From a virus, in IMG/VR virus record IMGVR_UViG_3300046779_002065, positions 32,001-96,000 of that record: a stretch of 64,000 bases of DNA; one strand, written 5' to 3'. The translations under genes were made by a program, and so were the position numbers. Positions 38,601 through 47,600 of this stretch are shown here, in pieces; position 1 is the first letter of the stretch; each line of letters starts with the position of its first letter. A model generated the notes under the pieces. That model saw only the letters and a program-made list of their open reading frames with translations, searched no databases and was not told where the DNA came from.

Positions 38601-41600
38601 CAAACGCTTGTAGTAATCTACCGCATTTGCAAGACCCAGTGCTTTGTCACCGTCAAATAACTGATTAACCAACAATCGGTTAACCCAGTCATTGAAAAAG
38701 TAATCTTTTAAGAACTTATCAGTAGTAGTAATTGAGTTCGCTTTAGATACACCGTTCTCCTTGTAGTTTGTATCAAAGAATTCACTGCTGTATCCTTCTT
38801 TTGTCTTGTTGACGATTTTAGCTTTCTCCATGCTCTCCATGAAGAAATCAAACTCATCCTGAGCATACATATCTAACTGCTCAAATAAGCTTGACATGGC
38901 AGGCAATGCTAATGCTTCTTCAAAAGATTTACCTTCTTTAGCAGCAGCAATCAGCGTCTCACGCATCTGCGTTCTGGCAGCTACGTTTTCATCACTGATC
39001 GATGTGTCTGTTGGATCAATATCGTTTAAGAAGAAGCTGTCCAATTGATGGAACTGGTATGCTCTGAGTTTAGCACTTTCAGTATCCACCGTGTTGTCAG
39101 ACAAAAGAATACCGTTATAATCTTTGTAACGGAGTTTGTTTTCATGACGTGACGCCCACTGATTACCAATACGACTGTACTCTTGTTTAATCAGATCACT
39201 AAGACGTTTGCTGATTAAGCTGACTTTCTTGGAATTAACTTCCGTCTTTACAGCTGCATTATTGGTGGTGTACTGCTCATAGCGACCGGTTGTGTGAAAC
39301 AACGTTCCGGTAGCGTCATTCTGAGACGTAATACGTTTAAAGGTTTTTAATTCTTTACCTCCGCGTTTGTACGATTTACGATCTGTAAACAACGCAAGGT
39401 TGGAAAGATGAATACCAATCTTGTCAAGATCTGCGGCATCTGTGTTGATCGATCCGGTGTCGTCGATATTTTGAGAAAGACCACCGAGGTATCCAACTTT
39501 TAAATAATCCAGGAAGAGTTCTCCCAATCCATCCTCTGACAGATATGGGTTGTTATCAAACCAGCTTAGGAACTCAGGACCATATACCTCTAGGACAAAC
39601 TGACGAAGTCCCTTTGATTGTACGTCCTGCACAACCTGCATGTTTGGAGAGTACAGGGTAAAGCGGTATATCTTGTTGCCTGTAGTGTTCATGACCACCG
39701 GCTGACCAATCGTTGAGTCATAGCGGGTGAGGTACGTCATGGAAGGTAAGAAACTGGCAACGACGCTTTTACGGGTTTTGTTATCTTTGTTTTCAAACAA
39801 TGGAACAGACCCTGTGTAGCTAAACATGTACCACATAGCTTTCAGCATGCTGGTAGTCATGTATCCTTTTTCTTTAAAGATGTCGCTGTTTGCAAGCAAC
39901 ACTGCTCTGGCGTTGCTACCGTCAGGTAAACGATACCCGCTTTCGGTAATCAATGCCGCCAAAGAGAAATGGAAGAAGTGACGTGGAATACCAAGTCCTG
40001 CTTCTGCAGTGATTACATACAAGTCATCGGCAAACTTGTTCACCTTGGCGTCCGAGAACTCACCATTCTCCAGGTAAAACTCAGAGATGTTTTTACCATC
40101 GTCGCTTAACTCTCTGCTTAGAAGCGTTAAGTCATTCTGGATTTTCTGTTTGTCTTCTGCAGAAAGTGCTGTATAATTATTGTTGTATCCGTCAATGATA
40201 CGGTTGAGTGCCTGGAAGTTATCCTGGGACTGCACCATATCCACGGTGTTTAATTCACTCTTTATAGTGATACCACTAATTTCAAAACTTCTGCTGGTTT
40301 TAACATCCACACGGGTAATCTCACCACTTGCTACATAGAACACGCTGTGAAACTGGTTGAACATTGCTTCAGAACGGGTCGGTTTACCATCTACAATTCC
40401 GCAGGTGGTATCCAACATCTTCATCATCGCTTTAAGACTCTCTGCCAACTGATACACGGATTCATATTCCACCGGGTAACGATAGTTCATGCGACTACTC
40501 AAGCGACTCATATTAGACAAGTCTTCTTCCAATGTCTTAATCACTTGTCTGATCTGTGGAAGCAAGTCTTTCTTTCCAACATTTACCGTGATCTTTTTAA
40601 CAGTGTCAAACAACCTGTCGGCATCTACCGGGCGACGCATGGTAACGCCAAACATGTCTTCCTGTTCATAAACCAGGAACTGGAAAATCTTACGGAACTC
40701 ACGGTCTCCTTCCGAAGTACCTGTTTCCAGTAATCCAAGATCCGGATCCTTTGCACCTGATTCTTCTACATCATTGTTAGCTTTAGCAAACGCCTCTGCT
40801 GTATTCTCACCAGTAACCTGGTCTGAAGCAGCAGCCTGTTCTATCGTATCAATAACGTTCAGATTGTTGTACACCTCCAGGACCAACGCCTTCATCTGGC
40901 GGTAACTTTCTTCCGCACTTTTTGTGTAGGTTTCACCCGTCTCGTTTCCAATGTACTTGTTATCATAGTTTGGATCACCTGTAAGGTTTGCTACCGGGAA
41001 TTTCTCCCCAAGTTTCATAGAACCCAACACGTATCTAAAGTCACGGAGTTTGTTTTCATACGTCTCCCTGATCACACGTTCAGCACTTGGATTCTGACTG
41101 ATAAAGTTCTCAATGTTATAGTATGACACCATGGTCTTTGCAATCTGATCGTACAAATCAGACGTAGTAATTCCAGCAGATTTACTACGGAGCATCTCAT
41201 AGACCATCATATTGCGCAACTCCATCATCTCATCAGCGTTCATACTGTTAGGGAAACGAACAATTTTATCGTTTAGTAATCCCATGGTAGGAACTGTCTT
41301 GATCAATGCATACGCACCTTCGACACCAGTGTATTCTTTTACGGTTGCATTCTTGTAATATCCGTTATGAATACGGTCGAATGTTTTTTCGAGTTCATCC
41401 TTGTGCTTGGTAAAGAAGTCAAGCAACGACTGGATAAGGTTAAATAATTTCTGGTACCAGGTTTCTGCTTTGGTTTTCTTGGTCGCATACTTCTGGAATT
41501 TGTCTGCCATGCGTTCCTCCGCCATCAATTCAATGACTTCGGTGTTGCTCATGTGTGCAAGACCACGACGTTGCTTACGGAACTCCGCAATCTGAGATTC

Positions 41601-44600
41601 AGAGATGATTCCCATCTTCTCGTATTCACGACGTAATAAGTCAGCGCGCTCTTGTGGACTCAACAAATAACGGAACACAGCATGGAACGCTTCATGGTAA
41701 GCAGTTCCTGGGTTGGAAAGATTCTTACTGAGGTAAATCACTTTGTCCTTGATATACCCCAACACGTTTCCTTCAGCATCCAGGTGACGGACAATCTTCT
41801 CCAAATCGTCAATTGCAATCCCTGCAGGCAGACGATCACGGATGTAATCTACCTGGCGTTGAAATTCATCCTGCTCAAAGGCAGAACGCTCCAGAGCAGT
41901 ACCCAAAGAGAAGGTTCCATCAAACTCATCAATGTCATCCAATGGGGTGCTGCCTGCAGCAGGAGTATTGTTTGGTGCTACACTTGGTTTCTTTTTATCT
42001 TCAAATGAAACATTTTCCTCACCAAAGGACGGCAATACTTCATTTTTAGGCATTGTTGCTGCATCTTCCAATGCATGCGGGAAGTTGTAATGCAGGTTAA
42101 GACGTGTCTTGTAGTGTGCTTTTACAGTGTAATAAGTATCGAGGTTACTGGATTTTGTCGTACGGTCATTAAGTGCCACAGACGGTTGCAATCCTTGTTT
42201 GGATACAAAGAGTTGTTGCATGAACTCTTTCTTGTCACCCATCATACGTTCTGCCATCTCGCGGACGGTAGCATCTTCGTTATTGAGTAAGGCGTCTATT
42301 TTCTTTTCAAAGTTCTTTAACAGTTTCTTTTCCAATGAACTGTACGCCTTTTCAATTTGCTGTTCCAGCATTTGTACAGATTCTTTATCGCTGCCATACT
42401 TGAGTAATCCGTCCAATTGATCAAACATCTTCTCCATTCCTTCAGGGGTAGATGTATCAGCAGGAAGACCTTCTTTTTTAAAGAACTCTTCTACCGCGCT
42501 GGTGATGTCTTTAAGGACGCTGTCACCAACCAAGAAGCTTAACTTAGACGCATGCTCGTTGAAGAACTCTGCATCCGGGTGACTGTCCAATGCCGTAAAC
42601 TGAACACCCAAAAACGTTTTACCGTCCTTGGTCATGTTGACAAAGAAATCAGGTTGGATCTTACGGATAACGTCAAATCCTAATATGTTGTTATTAAAGT
42701 TTCTGTAGTACGGAGTGGTTGCTGTAGTCTTATCAAATCTGCTATAAAACCCAAATAGAGACAACAACGCTTTTGCTTTGGTAGTTGCATTTGACGGTGT
42801 CTTGTCCCTCATTAATGGAACGACTGCATAGCTTCCTGTCCTGGAAGGAACAATCATGGCGTGTTTGTATCCAGTGAGCTTGCTCAAGTTAGCAATCACT
42901 TTACCAGCTTTGGGAAGTTCAAACTTCTCTACGTATTCTTTCCATTTGTATTTAACACCTTCTACCAGGATAAATTCACCTGGTCCAAGTAATTCTACCG
43001 GCATGTAGGGTGCACCCTTTGTAGAAGACACTGCCTGGAAAAGAAGTGGTAAACGACGTTCCATCACATTACCCGGATCGTTCTCATTAATTACCGATAC
43101 GGTAATACCACTCTCATGAGCAGCCAGGAACTGGTCCAGACGCTTGTCTTTTAAACGGTCTTCAAAGTTTACTTTATCAGAAAAATCTACAGCATATACT
43201 GTATTGGTCAGTTCATAATATTTGTTGAAAAGCTCTGCAGGTATTTGGGTTTCTCCTTTGTCAAGCAATACTTGCACTTCTGCTTTGAACTCTTTAAATC
43301 GACGTGCACCATCGCGAAGCATTTGAAGATCTTCCAGTGATGTTGGACGTATGGTGGTCTCTGTTGTACCTACGCCTCCACGCACCTGGGTGAGCGTAGC
43401 AAATAAACTCAAGTCTTCCTCATTCTCCAGGTCAAGTAAACGAGTCGTGTTATCCGGATAAACAACCACGTAGTTATTAAAATCCATCAACGTTACAGTC
43501 TTACCGGTAGGAGAGACCATACGAATGGCAAACCCATCGGTCATACGACCACGCGTAAGAATGACCTTACCACTTTGTAATGCCATGATTTGTGCAGGCG
43601 TCTCCCGGGTCTCGATGGTACGGTTTGCTAAACTTGGGTATTGATCCGTAGCATTCTGGATCATTTGCATACGGGATGCGTTACGCTGTGCACCCGTGCT
43701 ATCAGCAATGATAGTAACCAGATTGGATGGAGAAACATTTGCACCGGAGAGTTCTTCCGTAAATGCGTCGACATCTTCCCCGATCATAACAAGTCCCGTG
43801 CGCAGTTCACCTGCGTCTACAAGAACAGTAGCACCGTCGTTTGCAATAAAACGCGTATTTGGTACATTAAGTTTTTTAGGTTTTGGATTGTTGTCAAGTA
43901 CATAAAGCTCTCCTGTAGACTGGAGGTTCTCATCAGCATAGAAATATTCTTCCCCTTCACGGATCAGATCCACCACGGTACCATCACTCAAGTACACCTC
44001 GTAGTGATTGGTTCCAAATCCTGGTAACGTACGCAAATCCACATAGCTTGCCATGTTGTTGCTATTACGAACCAGTGCAATGGCATCTTCTAACTTGCGT
44101 ACAAAATCGCGTCTTACTCTTTTGTCCTCAATAGAGTTGTTTACTTTGTCCAGTGCGTTTCGTAAAATCTTTTCGCTGTTCAGTTCATTGGTTTCATTTA
44201 AACCAGCGTCCAGTACAGCACGCTCCCTGACAATCGTATCGATAGCATTCTTAACCGCACTGTGACGTTTGATCACAGGGGATTCCAATGCTTCAGACAA
44301 TTGTGCAGCAAGTTCTTTAGTACGTTTATTTTGGGTGGTCTCTTCGCTGCTTGTAATACCTAGGTGTTCCTGGAGAAGGTTTAACGCCTGGGTAAAACGA
44401 TTTGCATCCAGACTGGTGTCATTTACCAGTGGATACACGGTCGCATCAATAAAACTATCCAGCTTGTTCAGTTCAAAGACTGTAGACTTCTTGGATAATT
44501 GTTTGTACAACTCGCTGTAAGCAATGATAATATTGCTCTTAGCTTCGTCGGTGAGATTAGTCAGCTTAACAATATCGCGAACTGAATTTTCGAGATTGCG

Positions 44601-44675
44601 ATATTTTTCGGGATTAGTACGAAGTGCTTGTTGCAGCGCGGTGCGCAGCACTTTAGAATCTATAGTGCAGGACAT
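32616..44675 (-). CDS. Virion RNA polymerase (crAss-like, single-chain two-barrel) with two zincin-like domains and a C-terminal RNase H
   Basis: TRIPTEDKRSM...GSDKDIDALY catalytic DxDxD at 36993-37007; YLKMSE; HEAFH at 41682-41696; HERQH at 33669-33683; RNase HI motifs at about 32700-33185. Confidence 0.85.
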   Translation of the reverse strand: MSCTIDSKVLRTALQQALRTNPEKYRNLENSVRDIVKLTNLTDEAKSNIIIAYSELYKQLSKKSTVFELNKLDSFIDATVYPLVNDTSLDANRFTQALNLLQEHLGITSSEETTQNKRTKELAAQLSEALESPVIKRHSAVKNAIDTIVRERAVLDAGLNETNELNSEKILRNALDKVNNSIEDKRVRRDFVRKLEDAIALVRNSNNMASYVDLRTLPGFGTNHYEVYLSDGTVVDLIREGEEYFYADENLQSTGELYVLDNNPKPKKLNVPNTRFIANDGATVLVDAGELRTGLVMIGEDVDAFTEELSGANVSPSNLVTIIADSTGAQRNASRMQMIQNATDQYPSLANRTIETRETPAQIMALQSGKVILTRGRMTDGFAIRMVSPTGKTVTLMDFNNYVVVYPDNTTRLLDLENEEDLSLFATLTQVRGGVGTTETTIRPTSLEDLQMLRDGARRFKEFKAEVQVLLDKGETQIPAELFNKYYELTNTVYAVDFSDKVNFEDRLKDKRLDQFLAAHESGITVSVINENDPGNVMERRLPLLFQAVSSTKGAPYMPVELLGPGEFILVEGVKYKWKEYVEKFELPKAGKVIANLSKLTGYKHAMIVPSRTGSYAVVPLMRDKTPSNATTKAKALLSLFGFYSRFDKTTATTPYYRNFNNNILGFDVIRKIQPDFFVNMTKDGKTFLGVQFTALDSHPDAEFFNEHASKLSFLVGDSVLKDITSAVEEFFKKEGLPADTSTPEGMEKMFDQLDGLLKYGSDKESVQMLEQQIEKAYSSLEKKLLKNFEKKIDALLNNEDATVREMAERMMGDKKEFMQQLFVSKQGLQPSVALNDRTTKSSNLDTYYTVKAHYKTRLNLHYNFPHALEDAATMPKNEVLPSFGEENVSFEDKKKPSVAPNNTPAAGSTPLDDIDEFDGTFSLGTALERSAFEQDEFQRQVDYIRDRLPAGIAIDDLEKIVRHLDAEGNVLGYIKDKVIYLSKNLSNPGTAYHEAFHAVFRYLLSPQERADLLRREYEKMGIISESQIAEFRKQRRGLAHMSNTEVIELMAEERMADKFQKYATKKTKAETWYQKLFNLIQSLLDFFTKHKDELEKTFDRIHNGYYKNATVKEYTGVEGAYALIKTVPTMGLLNDKIVRFPNSMNADEMMELRNMMVYEMLRSKSAGITTSDLYDQIAKTMVSYYNIENFISQNPSAERVIRETYENKLRDFRYVLGSMKLGEKFPVANLTGDPNYDNKYIGNETGETYTKSAEESYRQMKALVLEVYNNLNVIDTIEQAAASDQVTGENTAEAFAKANNDVEESGAKDPDLGLLETGTSEGDREFRKIFQFLVYEQEDMFGVTMRRPVDADRLFDTVKKITVNVGKKDLLPQIRQVIKTLEEDLSNMSRLSSRMNYRYPVEYESVYQLAESLKAMMKMLDTTCGIVDGKPTRSEAMFNQFHSVFYVASGEITRVDVKTSRSFEISGITIKSELNTVDMVQSQDNFQALNRIIDGYNNNYTALSAEDKQKIQNDLTLLSRELSDDGKNISEFYLENGEFSDAKVNKFADDLYVITAEAGLGIPRHFFHFSLAALITESGYRLPDGSNARAVLLANSDIFKEKGYMTTSMLKAMWYMFSYTGSVPLFENKDNKTRKSVVASFLPSMTYLTRYDSTIGQPVVMNTTGNKIYRFTLYSPNMQVVQDVQSKGLRQFVLEVYGPEFLSWFDNNPYLSEDGLGELFLDYLKVGYLGGLSQNIDDTGSINTDAADLDKIGIHLSNLALFTDRKSYKRGGKELKTFKRITSQNDATGTLFHTTGRYEQYTTNNAAVKTEVNSKKVSLISKRLSDLIKQEYSRIGNQWASRHENKLRYKDYNGILLSDNTVDTESAKLRAYQFHQLDSFFLNDIDPTDTSISDENVAARTQMRETLIAAAKEGKSFEEALALPAMSSLFEQLDMYAQDEFDFFMESMEKAKIVNKTKEGYSSEFFDTNYKENGVSKANSITTTDKFLKDYFFNDWVNRLLVNQLFDGDKALGLANAVDYYKRLKSQAAAGKNAEAASMLIQAGNITYRHAVITIAGAKDVEKEMPVFFDKNDITKAQSHNQSDVENAEKFSILDGHVYQRLNHRLNFLNAEGKKDARADSIIRSLRYKQVSWEDIEYLNGRGIQLNPQKTVTAHPIHYLKMSEHYINRFTVSYYKDSNTKAARLRVAELYKLADLYEGQLDMGKEVNENNESIEQLYRDTITKIHEEFVPINGREMLHSILNNMEFHRLGQVSDNSASKRGTVIPYVTSVEELENASGYWDLGNNVATIPMSYAYNQVATEAHHHDVTDSIQPKLLIDTDLDLKDPNVPQDLKDLVIKYRKLLSDMSFNARMKFERIVKQDGEIDVASFFKLIQESLQKQGAPQNMLKMWDVVDGQPVHSTNLNGITEALKYYVFSMANSTMFQPKAPGFKFYHGSSFGYKIIVDENDQPVPDYLIRKNPGKYKNYKTRYPSFRKTVDENGNEDYYVEVLIPRPTTTNPSKLRVIEKSMEEFFATRIPTEDKRSMVRVKVAGYIDATYINTIVVPEQVHYLSGSDKDIDALYARVMGTYENVLGELNIYGDYSEYENRYGLDTKTAKFVEYLHYMMDDPFFGPLVSKELRRMREDKEYQIENLKESSAMFGPKVQEFFNQSMADIEKSMENRYRDLLSDKKIAPLGRTFTSLEDLAQVMETQQDEQSVELQRQLRLLEKVAAVVNVLQNSGMPVTADDLASYEKVNGSPVIPNIQNEITKTMNQILGHKHVFDNLYSKESSNADIYKNAVETLGRDEKDTIGQSNFATITSVANVRDSNKSAKRGIEIFAAFNKALSVAVKHGLELTEPLWNINGKVYENFTPEKSDPSAERAHALIGNSLGMSADAAKKPYPAVLSLNQYNMGVTATMLSLGIDPYLSIYINLMPSVKSTIDKYMAETEGSVRRSRKHGMALGTYMNNALTKRLLEMKGKTEKATNFGLIEFAESFDLSDYTFEFDVNNVDANVANSDNPTVDSLGLKIVANDGSILTQEMKDVVILAAYIKQYEQAEAIRFELTPLTDAQKSLAPDFNAVDRLMETYSRDRNASSFKGFNNIFSESPVYNKLGASVELMDEVLGKMFLERSPIIKELSRQLNAAIFEATPDKIAGHIKNYLALNALKNTINKALADPSFKEKSPVVYARYKSFQQMLKADYWYNNDMFNIMNRLKSQFPENAFIKSIVPHKTDKGLKIMRSISKVKLSKDRQTMIMNGLDQLLTNADPTVREAAYQMFYYTIIKDGMGAAPYSLRPFLNPDNFREISGELKKIEKAFNELDEFGKTKAQNQAEYKSKFNSLFASILDEKGDVDTLIDDVVQKAVSIYNPVPDENAVKVLNYSNDRGKFTEYGEAAMHAAIKSIRPGMGEKIIAEAKNLNDPFTERKREYKTNQDRSVKEGKTNPSNNDLFLLDENNEVMISMKPADAKEQQVQDAIAMHYKIFPRKANKETGEKKYSFPLFVTNTYGDLLILSEVDDKGLGSKLLDQIYNKANPDQADIADVNTSNPFVGNKAVYKLVSRQGDSNINPLAFEVDEAIKLNEYARGTAKPEINSIDETGGTYKGITVIDSKSLEREGSNEPGGAKFRRGDNTIVLNRNLLREKYYDKAWTNPLKQRDNSYATAFPEDIFKSYEEWETFVMEHERQHAVLGPKQVGENYGQYEDRVNRAALGELYPGIDLSFLGKAVLNTQFNSSTTLKEYADKTSFTFISNSQVLRKSQIESFNDRVNDLIEGRLQYAVFVAEDLTNRQYLPFINKLKENGFQSVEGMKHILSRGGVNPKEEYAKIMDQLATQPQQSTPVILSTPATPLEIFVDGSDIKGTGKLGYGAAVEFNGQMYKMSGTEESKAMKSFQALFPGTKFSNPTMEMLGLVMTLDSFKNSSEHIVIRQDYKGAVNYGALWERSEGSLQREPKPWKAKEPYIQYLVQKAIERIEMIEANGGSVKLEWVKGHSGHKMNDAADEAAKNRGIFNEFSQLFKTDSVDKVLQSKTDESTKCN

Positions 44676-44694
44676 TATTCAAGGGGATGGATTA

Positions 44695-47600
44695 CTACAG
44701 TTTGCAGAAAACAGCTTCACCCAATGAATCAAACGGATTAGTATCCTCAGTATTTGACGCATTAGTAGAGATGGTTCCTACTTCAAATTTACGACTTTTT
44801 GTAGACTTTTTTGTAGATTTTTTTGTAGTCTCTACAGATCTTTCTACATAATTCACTAAAGGAGTGAACTCATCTATGGCGGTCACTAAATCTGTTACGA
44901 GTGAATCCAACGTGCTGGTGTACTGTTCAACAGGGGTAACAGGCGTTACGTTCTTGTTTTCCGTTTGTACACGAGTCTCCGCTTTGGCGTCTTCAAATTG
45001 AAGTTCTAGTTGTTCGACGCTCTCCTGGAGAGAAGTCGGTTCACTTTTAGCTTTGCTATTACGCGGAGCTTTTTTTCCGTCGGCAACACCCGCATCATCA
45101 CTAGATTGCTTACTAGCAGCTTTTTGCTTTCGCTTTGCTTTTCTGGATTTTTTGTCTTTAACAGTGGGGTCATTAGGTTTGTTATCAGGTGGGTACTTAC
45201 TATTTAATTTGTTGAGGTCATAGTTTATATCGTCTTCAAGTTTATCCAACAATGGACCTTGAACACTGGATTCATTTTTCAAAGTTAATGCATTGAGAAA
45301 AGAATTACGCAATGCTTCCACTTCTTCAGGAGTCAAATCCTCACGGAATAAAAACTTTAAATACGCATCAGCCGGAAATGTATCACTGATTTGTTTAACA
45401 GCATTAGCTTCTTTGGAATTGTTTTCCGCGTCAAGAAGTTCTTTTGCTAACGCCTCTTGTTCTTCTGCAGCAATTGCGTCATGCATTTCCTGTAATGAAG
45501 TGCTGACAGCATTGATGTATTGCTTGAATATACCATTACGTCCGACACGCTGTCCAGCTTTGGTCTGGTATGCAAGACCAGTGATCTCCCCGGTAGATTC
45601 GCTGCGTACAATGGTAAAATCTTTTCCGTCAATCTTGACAGTACTGCGATCATCGCTGGTAAACTCTACCGTAAACACCTTGTCATCAACAGCAACAACC
45701 TCTCCATCATCAGTGCTTGCTTCAGGAGCTAGACTCAAACCAGGATATTCTTCCAGTAAACTGTCTTCCGGACCTAATGTAAGTTCTAAACCGCTGTCCA
45801 GTTTGACAAAATATAACTCAAACTCATCCTGGGTCTTTTGAATAATACCAGCTTCACCGTTATACATGACACGTTTACCTTCCTGCCACTTCAACTTTTG
45901 CTTCTCGTCCCGGATAGCATTCTCTTTTTCATCCTCTAATTGTTGCACTTCATTGTTTACAGCAGGTGCATCATTTACTGAATTAATGGAAGGACTATCT
46001 CCAGGAGCAGCCTCTGTAGGATCTCCGGGTTCAGGTATCAATGTAAACCACTGCTTACCATCTTGTTTTACTTTTGTATAGCTTACTTCACCGTTGTCTC
46101 CAGCTGCTATTTCTTCAATGACGTCACCGGTTTCCGGGTTAAACACTATAAACACATACCCATCAGGATCTTCATCTAGTTCTGCAGTATTGCCGTCTTC
46201 AGTTTTAAACTGTCGACCGACAAGGTTTTTCAGTTTGCGAGCTTCTTTGAGAATAGTCTCATCAACAACAGATCCTTTGGTGTTTGATGTAAACAGTTCA
46301 GTTTCAAACTTGACAGCAAAATTGAAACAATCATTTTCGGTGATGTCCAATTCTCCTTCATGTGTTACCACTGGTTCTGGAACCCTGCTGTCTACAACAC
46401 GTTGGAACGAATAGCGGTTCCCGGCAATCTGTTTAAAAATATAATGCTTGTTAACAAATGATACAACTTGTACATCCATTCCCCGGTCCAGCATCATCTG
46501 CAGGTTCTCCGGTTCCAGTGCTTTGGGAGACGTGGTTATATTTCCTGTTTCATCTTTGTTTACGTTTTCAGAATCAGTAGTGTCTGCTGATTTCTTTGCT
46601 TTGTCGTTTTCAGGATTCTCAGTTTTCTTTTTCTTATCCTCCAGTGCTTTGGAAATCTTTCCTTTAAGTTCTGCCAGGTATGCAAACGCCTGGTTTGTAA
46701 TCATAGGAGAGTCCGCAAATCGTTCTGCTTCTTTGATTAACTTTTCATTCTCATTGAGCAATCTTCCAAACACAGGATCCATCAACGCAAGGTGTCGGAT
46801 CATCTGCACCATGTTGTTTGCGTGAGCACCAATACGAGCAGCCATTGCTGCATCCATTGTCTTGTTAAAAGCAATAGGATCATTGAGCATGTTCAGTGCG
46901 TCAACCATCTTACGGTTTTCTTCACCCAACTCCATGTAGTCAACAATATCCTGCATCGCTGCATCAATGTCTTCCTGCTTAACGTTGGTGTTGATACGAC
47001 CTTCCGCATTCTTGGAAACTAGGAAACGCTTGAATGCATCAGATGCTTTGGTTCTTTCTACGGAACTCTTCTGGCGAAGTGCTTCATTGTTATATGTGTA
47101 AGTGCTCGTCTCATCTTTTGATTGAGTCACTGTATACCCAATAGCTTCTGTCCAGTCATTAAGTGCTTTACGTTGCTCTTTCTTATGTTTAATCAGACGC
47201 TCTGTCTCTTCAGACTTCACTTCCTGTTGCTCAAGACTTCTGATTTCGTTATCCAAAATCATGCTCTCGTTCTTCAGCTCTGTAAGATTGGTCAGCTTAT
47301 CAAACCCCGATGACACTGACTGTCCAATACTGTCGTACTGACTGATTTTGCTTTGAATACCGGCACGACGTTTTACTGCGTCCTGCGCTTTATTTTCATG
47401 GAATGATACGGTCTCAATAGCGTCAAGCAATGAGGCACGTGCAATCTCAGATACAAGTTTCTTCTCCGGATCTTTGATGTATTTACCCAAGTCCAGGAAG
47501 TTTGCATACTTCTTCATATAGTGATCATAGGTCTCGCTGTAGCGTTCTATGTCAGAGGCAATCCTGGAGGTAAATTCTGCAGGAGAGTTGTACCCTGCGT

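Noticed and set aside
9493-44675. Introns or inteins in PolB or the RNAP
   Set aside because: Catalytic motifs are contiguous; no LAGLIDADG, HNH or intein splice motifs were seen
44790-44830. Short tandem repeat (ttttgtagac/t) near the end of the 1634-aa gene
   Set aside because: It encodes a low-complexity TKKSTKKSTKS linker and has no regulatory context
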